DNA of 63,702 nt, filler included, from Folioceros fuciformis (taxonomy: Eukaryota): assembly GCA_049999805.1 (NCBI GenBank). It is 17 parts of 17 records of this genome, joined end to end, with 100 filler letters (N's around TTAATTAATTAA, not from the genome) between each part and the next. Parts side by side here need not be neighbours in the genome. Positions count along the whole stretch, not along the records: positions 48,288 to 50,839 come from JBNGIO010006515.1; positions 50,940 to 52,248 come from JBNGIO010006516.1; positions 52,349 to 53,630 come from JBNGIO010006518.1; positions 53,731 to 58,696 come from JBNGIO010006519.1; positions 58,797 to 62,178 come from JBNGIO010006520.1; 12 more parts are not named here. One strand, given 5' to 3'. Shown piece by piece: positions 48,288 to 59,219 of this stretch. Positions within the stretch are counted from its first letter, which is position 1. Each line of letters opens with the position of its first letter. The position numbers and the translations under genes are program-made. A model generated the notes under the pieces. The model did not search any database. It was not told the DNA's origin and saw nothing but the letters and a program-made list of their open reading frames with translations.

Positions 48288-50839
48288 GTATACACTAGTC
48301 AATCCCAAAAACATACGCACCTCATGCACATTATTTAGCGGCAGCCAACTTTGTATGGCTTTTACCTTATTAGGATCCTAATTCCATTAGGAGAGACAAT
48401 GAATCCAAGGAAGTCTATTTCTTCCTTAATAAAGTCACACTTTGTTATAGCCAAGAACAAAGAATTTGCTCTTAACCTTTCTCACATTTTCCTCAAGTGT
48501 TGGACATGCTCTTCTAAGGTAGAACTGAATATCAAGATATCATCCAAGTAGATCACAACACATTCATCCACTAGACCTATGAATATAGTATTCGTGAGAG
48601 TCTGAAATGTGGCTGGTGCGTTAGTGAGTCCAAATGACATGACTAGCGATTCAAAAGATCCATACCTTGTCCTCCAAGGAGTTTTTTTGCGATGCGAATC
48701 TAGTAAAAACTAGCCATCAAATCTAGCCTCGTAAATACTTAGCACCTTTCAACTTGTCAAACATATAATCCATCCTTGGCAAAGGATAGGAATTCTTGAC
48801 TGTTATCTGGTTGAGTGCTATGTAATCCAAGCATAACCTTAATCCTCTATTCTTCTTACGCGTAAATAATATTGGCGCACCAAATGGGGATTTTGAGACT
48901 CTAACATATCCCTTGGCTAAAAAGTTAGACATTTGTCTCTTTAGCCCTTGAAGCTCATCTAGCGACAATCTATGTGACACTCTTGAAGGCGGTACACTAC
49001 TTGGCTTTAGATGAATCTTGTGATCTACAACTCTCCTATGAGGTAAAGGAGGTAACTCAATAGCCATCAAAGTCTTTAAACTCATCTAAGAGGGCCTGTA
49101 TCTCCTTTGGAAACTTTGGTTGCACTTGAGACTCCATCTCAAGACCATCTTCTAGTCCTTGCAATACTAACAAATAAAGTTCCTCCCCATTCTTAATACA
49201 ACGCTTGAGCTCTTTCTTAGACATGACTTCATCAATCTTGTGTCCAAGCTGTTGCTCACGAACTGCACAACTCGCTTTGTGTTTTTCATCTCCTAAGATC
49301 TATATGGTGCGTGAGTCCTCATCTACACATACCTTATTGGCCTTTATCCACTCTAAGCCAAGATGATTTCATGATCATCTATATCTACAACTGTGAAGCT
49401 TGCTTCTCTTATCCAATTGCCTATCTACTAAGGGACTTTTTGCAGCTTTCCTTCTGCTTGTTTCATTATACATGGCTCTGAAGTACTAGCCCATGTCAAA
49501 CCAAGCTTACTTGCTTTGCCAGGAGAAATGAAATTATGTGTTGTTGCTAGATCAAGCAACATCTTCACTTCTTCATGGTTCACACATCCTTCTATATACA
49601 TAAGCACTCCACCTGCCCCGAATCTGCCCTGAGGCAATATTTTGTAGATTCCTTACTCCCTCATACTTATATGGCATGGCCAACTTCAAATTTGCTCTCA
49701 AAATTTCTTTGAAAATAGGATCTTGATTGTCTTCCACTTCCTCAGTTTGTAGAGTTGTAGGCTGTGGATCCTTCCTTGCCTTCTTCCCACATGCTATCAA
49801 ATCTTGGAGAACTTCAAATAATACTTTAGGAAGAATTTGCCCTAAAGTGACCATTTTTGTCTTCCAATCTTCAGATTTTTCTCCAGATAGTCCTGCTGAG
49901 TCAGTAGGTGGCATCTCCTCACCTTGATTCTCTTCAAGTTGTTGAAGTTGGGGATCAGGAGAAACCTCTCGTATTTGCATCCTTTGGCGCTTCGCCATCA
50001 TAGAGGAATATACCTTGCTCTGATACCAACTAAGTAATGCCGCCTTCCTTATGTAGAGTAAAAGGAAGCAACGACCTTGAATCTCATCTATTCATTCCGC
50101 AACACTCCACTTATAGATCACTCAACTCCCTCTCATACGACTCAGCACTAGGCTTCAAGTAGCCTGCTGTCCAATGACGACTCGCAAACCACCTCCTCTA
50201 GGTACTGTTCTTTATTCAAGATACTTACAAAAGAGATCACCACAAAAGAGTCGTGCGATCTACACCCCATTGGCTATTACCTTGACTCAATCTCACAAGC
50301 TTGATCTTCAAGTACTCCACAACTATCTCTAAACACTAGACTTCGCACTGTCTACCCCTCTTTATCTTCTCAAGGCCTTAGCACTGACCTATTTATACTC
50401 CAATCTTCTCAAGGCCTTAGCACTGACCTATTTATACTCCAAAGCTACGCCATTATTAAAACTGAGAATCATACACACCATTATCTCATAATACAAGTGG
50501 TCATTACAACTCCATCCTTCTTAGCAGGTTGCACTGTCTACCCCTCTCTATCTTCTCAAGGCTTAGCACTAGCCTATTTATACTCCAAAGCTAAGCCATT
50601 GCTAAAACTGAGAATCATATACACCATTAGGTCATTACAACTCTATCCTTCTTAGCAGGTTTTGCCTGTTGTTACACATCTTATTTCCAAAGGCATCGAG
50701 AATGATACTTGCTTCTTAATCAAGACAGCTCTAGATTTAGCTTTTACCTTTCTACTTTTAATTTTCATCTTATACTATTATTATATATTAATATATAATA
50801 TATACTAATTTTATTTTCCATACCTATATACTATATATC
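48288..50839 (-). mobile_element. Decayed Ty3/gypsy element (chromovirus-like RT): 5' LTR, PBS, deleted gag, protease, RT
   Basis: RT motifs [48 protein letters not shown]; protease LLDLATTHNFIS lies before RT. LTR at about 50033-50839 has internal tandem duplications (about 50345-50660). Confidence 0.9.
50017..50028 (-). promoter_or_regulatory. Primer binding site (tRNA-iMet) of the gypsy element
   Basis: GCTCTGATACCA on the plus strand equals TGGTATCAGAGC on the minus strand. Confidence 0.92.
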
Positions 50840-50939
50840 NNNNNNNNNNNNNNNNNNNNNNNNNNNNNNNNNNNNNNNNNNNNTTAATTAATTAANNNNN
50901 NNNNNNNNNNNNNNNNNNNNNNNNNNNNNNNNNNNNNNN

Positions 50940-52248
50940 TTATATAATAATACTAATATAAAATAAGTAAGTAATCTTTATTATAGATACTTTAAATCTT
51001 TTTAAGATAGATATTAATAATATTTCTACTTTTACTATTATTTAGCTAGATAGAGAACTCTAAAAAAAGCTATAAGTATCTAAACTTAAGCTTATTAAAA
51101 ACGCTAATATAGATACTAGCTAACTATATTATTTAGAATTAAAGCTCTCTTATTCTATTAACTTTTATAACTAGTAAAGTAAGAATTCTTACTTCTTTAG
51201 ATTTAATTCTAAAGTAGATATTAAATTCTTTTTTACTAAAACTAATATTCTAAAAGAGATAGTAGAGTTTAATAAAGTCTATACTATCTTTAAGTTATAT
51301 AATATATACTAGTTTTAGTATTACTTAATTCTTATTACTATTAAGATATAGATTAAAATACTTTAAGAGTATAATTTAGTTAAGCTTAATTAACTTATAT
51401 ATATCTTAAAAGTATATCTACTATCTAATAAAGCTAAGATATAGACTATTACTATAAATAACTTTCTTATATACTAGTTTATTATAAATAACTTACTACT
51501 ATCTAAATATAGTATTCTTTCTACCTTAGGCCTTAATTACGTTAATACTATAATTAAAGTAATAAATTATATACTAAGTAGAATATATAAGATAAATACT
51601 AAGTATAATTCTATTTAATATATTAAGTATAAAAACTATATTAAAGAAACTATTAAATAGTTAAAAAATTTAAAGTATACTCTATTACTATCTACTAAAG
51701 AGTAAAAGAAGGCTAAGAAACTTTATTACTAAGGCTTACTAGCTCTTTATAATAAAAAGAAGATAATTTAAAGATAAGTAAAAAAGCTTTATAAAGATAT
51801 TAAGTCTAATAATAATAAAAAGGCTAGTAATAAGAAGATAGAGTTAGTTAAGCTAGAATAGGCTACTAAAGATATTAATAAGTATATTAATAAGTTTTAA
51901 AAAAGTAAGAATACTCTTAATATTAACTCTTAAAAACTTACTACTATTACGCCTACTACTAAGTATAAGATATTAACTATAGGTAACCTAACTATAAAGA
52001 AAAGTAATATAGTAGCTATTTCTTATAAGTAGTATATACTTAACTTAGATAATTTCTAAGATTACTAGTTCTAGAATAGTAAAGTTATTAGATATAAGAC
52101 TAAAGTTATTTAAGAGCTTATAGACTTTTAAGAGACTAATTAGGTTTATAATAATAATAAAGTAAAGTTATAATTTTTATTTAGTATAGTAGATAAAAAA
52201 GCTCTAGTTTACTAGTAGTCTAAGAATTCTAATAGTATTATTAAATTT
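50940..52248. other. RIP-mutated, probably ascomycete fungal sequence
   Basis: Very AT-rich and TpA-rich. Reading by eye found no CpA or TpG dinucleotide in 1309 bp. Confidence 0.88.
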
Positions 52249-52950
52249 NNNNNNNNNNNNNNNNNNNNNNNNNNNNNNNNNNNNNNNNNNNNTTAATTAA
52301 TTAANNNNNNNNNNNNNNNNNNNNNNNNNNNNNNNNNNNNNNNNNNNNAGTAGTCATCTGTAAGAGTAAGATAGTACCAAGTATAAAATTATTGTTAATT
52401 AAAAACACCAAACAAATTCATCCTTGCTAATTCTTAATTTACATCATATTACTACTATATGTAGTGATTTTATGTAGTGACATCCTTATTAGAGTGAAAT
52501 TTCTCTCTAATGAAAGACATTGATAAGGCCCTATAAAAGGTACAAAATAATTAGAAGATATAAAAAATACCAAAAACTTCTTGGGATTTTCATTGAAACC
52601 CCTTTTAACTAGAAAAGCCTCATTTTAATAAGACATTGTTCAAAGACCTTATTTGTGCACAATCCTCGTGGTACCACCAAATCACTGACTACTCTATTCT
52701 TCTCGATATAGAACATCAATGAGCTCATTGAGAGTAAGAGTGGGTGCACGTTTAGCTTTTAGTGTAAACACAAAAGAATACAACGAAGAATTTTGACTTG
52801 AAACCAATCACTAATAAGAGGGAGGAAGACTAGATAAGAGTTGAGCCACAACATTAGTACCCTAAAGCTTGCTTGCAAGCATGGAGAGTTGAGCCTTGGC
52901 GTATGTAAATTTGCTAATGTGCACTCGTACCAGGTCTCCTGCCTTCATCC

Positions 52951-53233
52951 TGATGAAATATATCTAGTTTAGGGCACTATTCATTAGGCCTACATCACTT
53001 TAAACATTATATTATCATCTAGGGCATTAGGTAGTTACCTATTTAGTTGCTCTAGGTAGTTAGTTGTTATATGAATTACAACTACTTATGGTTACAACTA
53101 CTTATAGTTGTAACCACCTAACAACCTCAACCACCTATCCTTAACCACCTAGCCTATATAAAGGCTTGTACTTTACTCTTTAATTCATTGCATTCTATCT
53201 CTTGCATCTAAGAGTAAGGCGTGATTTTCATCA
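52951..53233 (+). mobile_element. 283-bp LTR followed by a degenerate PBS
   Basis: 8-bp terminal inverted repeats TGATGAAA...TTTCATCA, a TATA box (CCTATATAAAGG), a 12-bp hairpin at 53089-53116, and TGGTCTCAAAGC (10/12 match to the iMet PBS) at 53234-53245. Confidence 0.85.
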
Positions 53234-53249
53234 TGGTCTCAAAGCAGAG

Positions 53250-53630
53250 TGGAGCGGGCGCCAAGGTGGGCGCCAGAAATAACGCGTTCTCCCTGTGGGG
53301 GGAGCAGATCACAACCCGCAGTAGGTGCGGCTAGTACGGCGCTGAGGAGAGCGGAGTGGGGCGCTGAGGTGCGCGTCGAAAATGATGCGTTCTCCTCGTG
53401 GAGGGGAGCGGCTCACAACCCGCGGCAGGTGCGGCCGGTACGGCGTCGAGGAGAGCGGAGCGGGTGCACAACCCGCGGTAGGTGCGGCCGGTATGGCGTC
53501 GAGGAGGGCGGAACGGGCGCACAACCCGCGGCAGGTGCGGCCGGTACGGCGCCGAGGAGAGCGGAGCGAGCGCACAACCCGCGGCAGGTGCGACCGGTAC
53601 GGCGCCGAGGAGAGTGGAGCGGGCGCACAA
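53250..53630. repeat. GC-rich 53-bp minisatellite with A-B-A-B-B-B-B structure
   Basis: CACAACCCGC anchors at 53310, 53414, 53467, 53520 and 53573, with a partial unit at 53626. A second unit of about 51 bp precedes the first two. Confidence 0.92.
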
Positions 53631-53730
53631 NNNNNNNNNNNNNNNNNNNNNNNNNNNNNNNNNNNNNNNNNNNNTTAATTAATTAANNNNNNNNNNNNNN
53701 NNNNNNNNNNNNNNNNNNNNNNNNNNNNNN

Positions 53731-56700
53731 TCTCCTCTCCTACACTTGCACGTAGATTGGAGTCGATCCTATTGACATGGTATCAGAGCCCGGTGCAGGC
53801 AGTGCAAGATCGGCGTAGGAGGTGCTGCAAGAGGCAGCAAGAGTGCACACCAGAAGCTAGAGCAGCTACGAGAAGTTAGAGCAGCTTGGAGGAAGATCGG
53901 CAGCAAGCGTCCCGGCAGCTAACTCTCATATCGGTGTGTGCAGGAAGTGAGGAGAAGGGCGACAAGGCCCTGTCAGCTTACTGGACTAGCTGTTGATCCC
54001 CAGAGCTCTGTGGAAGGGCTGACAAGTGGAGGCAACAGCTGCAATAGCCTCAGCAGCTGCAAGAAAGTGTGCTAACCCTAGCTTGGCAGCAGGGAAGGAA
54101 TTGACAGGAAATCTCACGGGAGCTTTGTGGGCAGACAGTCAAGAGTCTGTAAGGACACGGAGCATGAGACAATCTGGTTCACGCAAGGCAGCGTGATTCC
54201 GCACCAGATTGCTCTTAGGAAGAAGAGACTTAAGGTCTTGTGAGTAAAACTCCAGTCAGAAGCAGTCTGGTTCTTTCAGACATTTATCAGGTGTGAGTAC
54301 TCAAGAAAGGATTGAGTGTCAACCTTGAGTGGTGGCAAGAATGGCCAGTGACAGTATTAACCAGATCGTACAGGAGAAGCTGGACAAAAACAACTTCCAT
54401 GCCTGGAAGTTTCTTTTTACAAACTTTCTTATGGGAAAGGGTTATTGGGACTACATTGAGGGGGAGCATGAAAAACCCCCTGTAGTACTTGAACGGAATG
54501 CAACAGCGGAGCAGATTAAGGCGCTGAAGGATTGGAGTCAAGGATCTCGGAAGGTCATGTATTGGCTGTCAATCAGCATTCATGACACCATGATTGGGCA
54601 CATACAGGATGCAGAGTCGCCCAAAGAAGCATGGGATGAGTTGGTAAAACTCTATGAGACTAACACGAAGGCGAGAAAACTGCAGTTGAAGAATGACTTC
54701 AACACAGTTACGAAGAAGAACTTATCAATCAATGAGTACGCGTTAAAGATCAAAGGGATAGTGGAATCCCTTGCGTCCATTGGTGTCAGTGTGGAAGATG
54801 ATGACAAGGTCGAAGTTTGCTTGCGCGGGTTAACACCTGCCTACAAGCAGTTCAAGACTTCCATACAGACTCGGGAAAACATTCCCAATTTCTCAGACCT
54901 GATTTCTATGTTGATCATAGAGGAGAAAAACCTAGGCGAGGAATCATCCTCTAAGCCTAAGGAAAACTCTGAGCAGGCCTTCTACTCTGGCAGAGGCAGA
55001 GGTAGAGCCCAAGGTGGCAGAGGGCAAAGAGGTGGTAGAGGTCGGAATCCCTACCAAAATCAACAACAGAATCAGGAGTCCCAGTACAAGAGTACACGTG
55101 GAAGAGGAGAAAATTCTCGAGGCTGGGGGAGTCAAAGAGGACGTGGAAATCAACAACAAAATGATGCAAATGCAGACAATAGTGGTTGCTGGACTTGTGG
55201 TAGGTTAGACCACTTCGAAAGAGACTGTCCAAGGAGAAATCAAGGCAACAGGAGGCAGCAGAACAATTATGCCTCTAGCAGCAGTTAGAATGACTCAGAA
55301 AACTTGTTTGTCATGCAGCATATGCTTAACTCTATGTCTGCTAATGGATCCAACAATGGTGAGATTGTGTGGTATGTGGACTCAGGAGCTTCGAACCACA
55401 AGACATGCCATGGGGAGTGGTTCAAAGAAATGCAAGTGCTTGACAAACCTGGATATGTAGAAACTGGAGATGACACAACACATGCAATTGTGCATACAGG
55501 AACTGTACCTCTGAAGATGCAGGATGGCAAAGTGAAGTGCCTGGTAGATGTTCTTCACGTACCCAACATCACAAAGAACTTGGTGTCAGTTGGGCAGATG
55601 GTTGAGCAAGGACTGCAGGTTAGATTTACACCTGCAGGACTCTTTGTTGAAGAGTGCAAGAAAGGCGGTCGCCTGATTGCTCAAGGACAGAAGGTTGGAC
55701 GGATGTTCACCTTGAACGTGGAGGTTCCTAAGCTGAAGTCAGCCATGTTTGCGAAGGGTACAAGGGTAGTGACATACCTAGAGATGTGGCACAAACGCAT
55801 TGGACATGTAAATGTGCAGAAGTTGAAGTCCATGCAGCATCAGAAGGTTGTCACAGGCATACCCAAGCTTACAGAAAATGGACTGCAAGGTATATGTGAA
55901 GCATGTCAACTTGGGAAACAGCCTAGGAATGCGTTCCCCCATGACAAACATGTCAGCAGATATGTGTTGGATGTTGTGCATTCAGATGTATGGGGTCCTA
56001 CACAGACTGCATCAATCGGAGGCTGCAAGTACTATGTGACCTTCATTGACGACCACACAAGGAAGGTGTGGGTCTATTTCATGAAAGAAAAAAGTGAGGT
56101 GATCACTCATTTTCATACTTTCAAGGCAATGGTTGAGAAGCAGACAGGTAGGCACATCAAATGCCTAAGATCTGATGGAGGGGGAGAGTACTTCTCCAGA
56201 GAGTTCAGCAAATTCTTATCAGAACAGGGCATTCAACGGCAGTACTCATGTCGTTATACGCCACAACAAAATGGAGTTGCAGAGCGCAAGAACAGGCACA
56301 TAGCAGAAGTGGCGAGAGCCTTGATGACAGAGAAGAAGATGCCTCACTACTATTGGGCTGAAGCTGTGAGCACAGCAGTGTACATCATGAACAGAACTCC
56401 CACAGCAGCGGTGCACAGTGTAACACCGGAGGAGAAGTTCACAGGGAAGAAACCTGACTTGTCACACTTGAAGGTATTTGGTTGCATTGCTTATGTCCAT
56501 ATTCCGGATGAGTTGCGGACTAAGCTTGATCCAAAAGCAGAAAAGTGTGTCTTCATTGGGTATTCTGTTACACAGAAAGGATACAGGTGTTACAATCCCA
56601 GTACACGGACTATGAGAGTAAGCAGAGACGTAGTCTTTGATGAAATGGGTAGCTGGTACTTTGAAGTACAAGGAAGTAGTGTAGCTGATGTGCTTGAAAC

Positions 56701-58696
56701 TGAGGTAACAAGCAATGCAGGTCAACAATCACAAGTGTTGAGTGGACCACAAGTGTCATCAAACTCGACAAATGTTCAGAATCCATGGAGTGGCAGGTTG
56801 CGAGGTAGTGTGAGTCCTACGAGCTCCACAGCTGTGTCTCGCAAAGGGAAGGAAAAAGTCCAGGATTCAAAGATACCAGACCTAAGTGCAGGTGCGGATG
56901 ATTCAAGCAACTTTGAGCAGAGCTTGGATGAGGAATTCGGTGTATTGAAAATCGAAACACCTGGTGCAAAAGAGGTTCAATCAGCCCCTGGAAGTGGTTC
57001 AATCCCACGGAGATCTGGAAGGCAGAAGGTTCCAATACAGCGGTTGACCTATGATAGCTATGTAGCTAGGCACCATGCCTATATGGCAAAGGTTGTACAG
57101 GATGTGGAACCAAGAAGCTTTGAAGAAGCTATTGGAGACACAAAGTGGGAACATGCTATGGATGAAGAAATGAATGCGTTAAATCAGAATGCAACATGGG
57201 ACCTAGTACAACTACCTGAAGGCAAGAAACCAATAGGTTGCAAATGGGTGTACAAGGTCAAACACAACGCAGATGGTAGTATCAACAGGTACAAGGCAAG
57301 GCTTGTGGCCAAGGGATATGCCCAGACATATGGAATAGATTTTGAGGAGACGTTCAGTCCAGTTGCCAAAATGGCAACAATTCGAACCGTGATCGCACTA
57401 GCGGCATCGAAAGGTTGGGTCCTACATCATATGGATGTGAAGAATGCGTTTTTACATGGAGAATTGCTGGAAGAAGTATACATGGACCAGCCACCAGGAT
57501 ATGAGGATTTGGATCATCCAAATCATGTGTGCAAGCTGAAAAAAACGTTGTACGGACTGAAGCAAGCCCCGAGGGCTTGGCATGAGCGTCTTGCTCAGCA
57601 TCTGATTCACATCGGATTCAACATGGCAGATGCGGATCATTCGTTGTATGTGTGCAAAAGTACAAAACGACTGGTCTTTATGACCATTTATGTGGATGAT
57701 CTAATCATTGGAGGTAATCAGTTGGATCAAGTGGAGCAGATCAAGGAACTTCTACAACAAGAGTTCAAGATGGCGGACCTAGGTGAACTGAGGTTCTTTT
57801 TGGGCATTGAAATTATACGAACCAACACAGGCATTTGGCTGTCACAGCGGAAGTATGCGTCGAATGTACTAACTAAGTATGGTATGGTTGAGTGCAAGCC
57901 AATCTCGATTCCTTTGGATCAAAATCTAAAGCTCAGTGCTCATGATGGTGAAGCACTTGAAGATCCAACAATGTACAGGAAGATTGTGGGTAGCTTGATA
58001 TATCTCACTCTATCCCGACCAGATTTGAACTATACAGTGGGATTGCAAAGTCAGTTTATGCAGGCGCCCAGAAAGCCACATTTGGATGCAGTAAGGCGAA
58101 CGTTGCGCTATGTGAAGGCAACTATGGAGCATGCTCTCTTTTATGTTGCAGATTTAGAAATAAACCTGTGTGGGTACACAGATGCAGATTGGGCAGGCAG
58201 TGTTACTGAGCGTAGATCTACAAGTGGATTCACTTTTTCACTTGGGAGTGCAGCAATTACATGGAGTAGCAAGAAGCAGCCTACAGTGGCTTTGTCTAGT
58301 ACAGAAGCTGAATACAGAGGCGCAGCAATGGCAGCGTGTGAAGTGACTTGGATTTGTAAGTTACTCGGAGATTTTGGATTGCAGGTCAACGACAAGGTTG
58401 TTATCTACTGTGACAATCTTAGCAGCATACAGTTGGCGCAAAACCCAATGTTTCATGCCAGGACAAAACACATTGAAATACATTATCATTTTCTTCGCGA
58501 AAGGATTTTATCTGGAGCTATTGATCTTGTGTATGTCAACACAGACGAGCAGATAGCCGATATATTTACTAAGCCAATGGGAGCAGAGAAGCTGAAGAAA
58601 TTCCGAGCTATGTTAGGCGTACAGATGCTATGTTGAGCTCGAGGGGGAGTGTTGAGTTATCGAGCTCTATATGAGCTAAACTCATGTGGTGTTAGT
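53731..58696 (+). mobile_element. Nearly intact Ty1/copia element: LTR end, PBS, gag, pol, PPT, LTR start
   Basis: LTR end ...ATTGACA at 53777, PBS 53778-53790, polypurine tract GAGGGGGAG 58641-58649, 3' LTR starting TGTTGAG at 58650. Confidence 0.97.
54341..58636 (+). CDS. Copia Gag-Pol polyprotein interrupted by one in-frame TAG (55286-55288)
   Basis: Zinc knuckle CWTCGRLDHFERDC, WYVDSGAS, HSDVWGP, QQNGVAERKNR, YKARLVAKGY, LYGLKQAPR, YVDD, DADWAG, RTKHIE. Gag and pol are in the same frame. Confidence 0.93.
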
Positions 58697-58796
58697 NNNN
58701 NNNNNNNNNNNNNNNNNNNNNNNNNNNNNNNNNNNNNNNNTTAATTAATTAANNNNNNNNNNNNNNNNNNNNNNNNNNNNNNNNNNNNNNNNNNNN

Positions 58797-58864
58797 ATAC
58801 CACCCTCTCTTCTCTCCTCTCCTCTCCTACACTTGCACGTAGACTGGAGTCGATCCTATTGACA
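58797..58864 (+). mobile_element. 3' end of an LTR of the 53731-58696 family, not followed by a PBS
   Basis: Matches 53731-53777 with one mismatch and ends ATTGACA. Confidence 0.93.
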
Positions 58865-59219
58865 GTACTACACTCAAGATGCGGAGTCAACCAAGGCAGT
58901 TTGGGATGCACTAACGCAATCTTTCCAGGTGGTCAATGGCACCTCCATAGTGACAGCCACCAGATCCTTCTATAACTGCAAAATGAAGCAAAATGATTCT
59001 ATTGAATCACATATAAGCAAGTTTCGAGTATTGAGATTGAAGCTTACCTCATGTGGTACACAGATCTCTGAAATGGAAGTAGCAGTTGCATTACTCCTTT
59101 CTCTTCCACAAAGTTACAGAACTTTCGTCAGCAATCAAAGTTCGACGCTAAGGCAGATGGCACAAGTCACTCCAGCAGGTCAAACCCCAGCAGTATCGCT
59201 CTCTGATCTCATTGGTGCT
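58865..59219 (+). mobile_element. Copia gag fragment, paralogous to the minus-strand gag in the same contig
   Basis: YYTQDAESTKAVWDAL...VALLLSLPQSYRTFVSNQS aligns with YHTRDAESTKAVWDSL...VALLLSLPESYRTFVSNQS at about 61400-61720. Confidence 0.9.

Noticed and set aside
50940-52248. Organellar DNA or AT-rich endosymbiont DNA
   Set aside because: Neither explains the absence of CpA and TpG or the stop-filled frames.
53250-53630. CRISPR-like array or Arg-rich ORFs
   Set aside because: Units are contiguous with no unique spacers and no cas genes; the ORFs are by-products of a GC-rich repeat.
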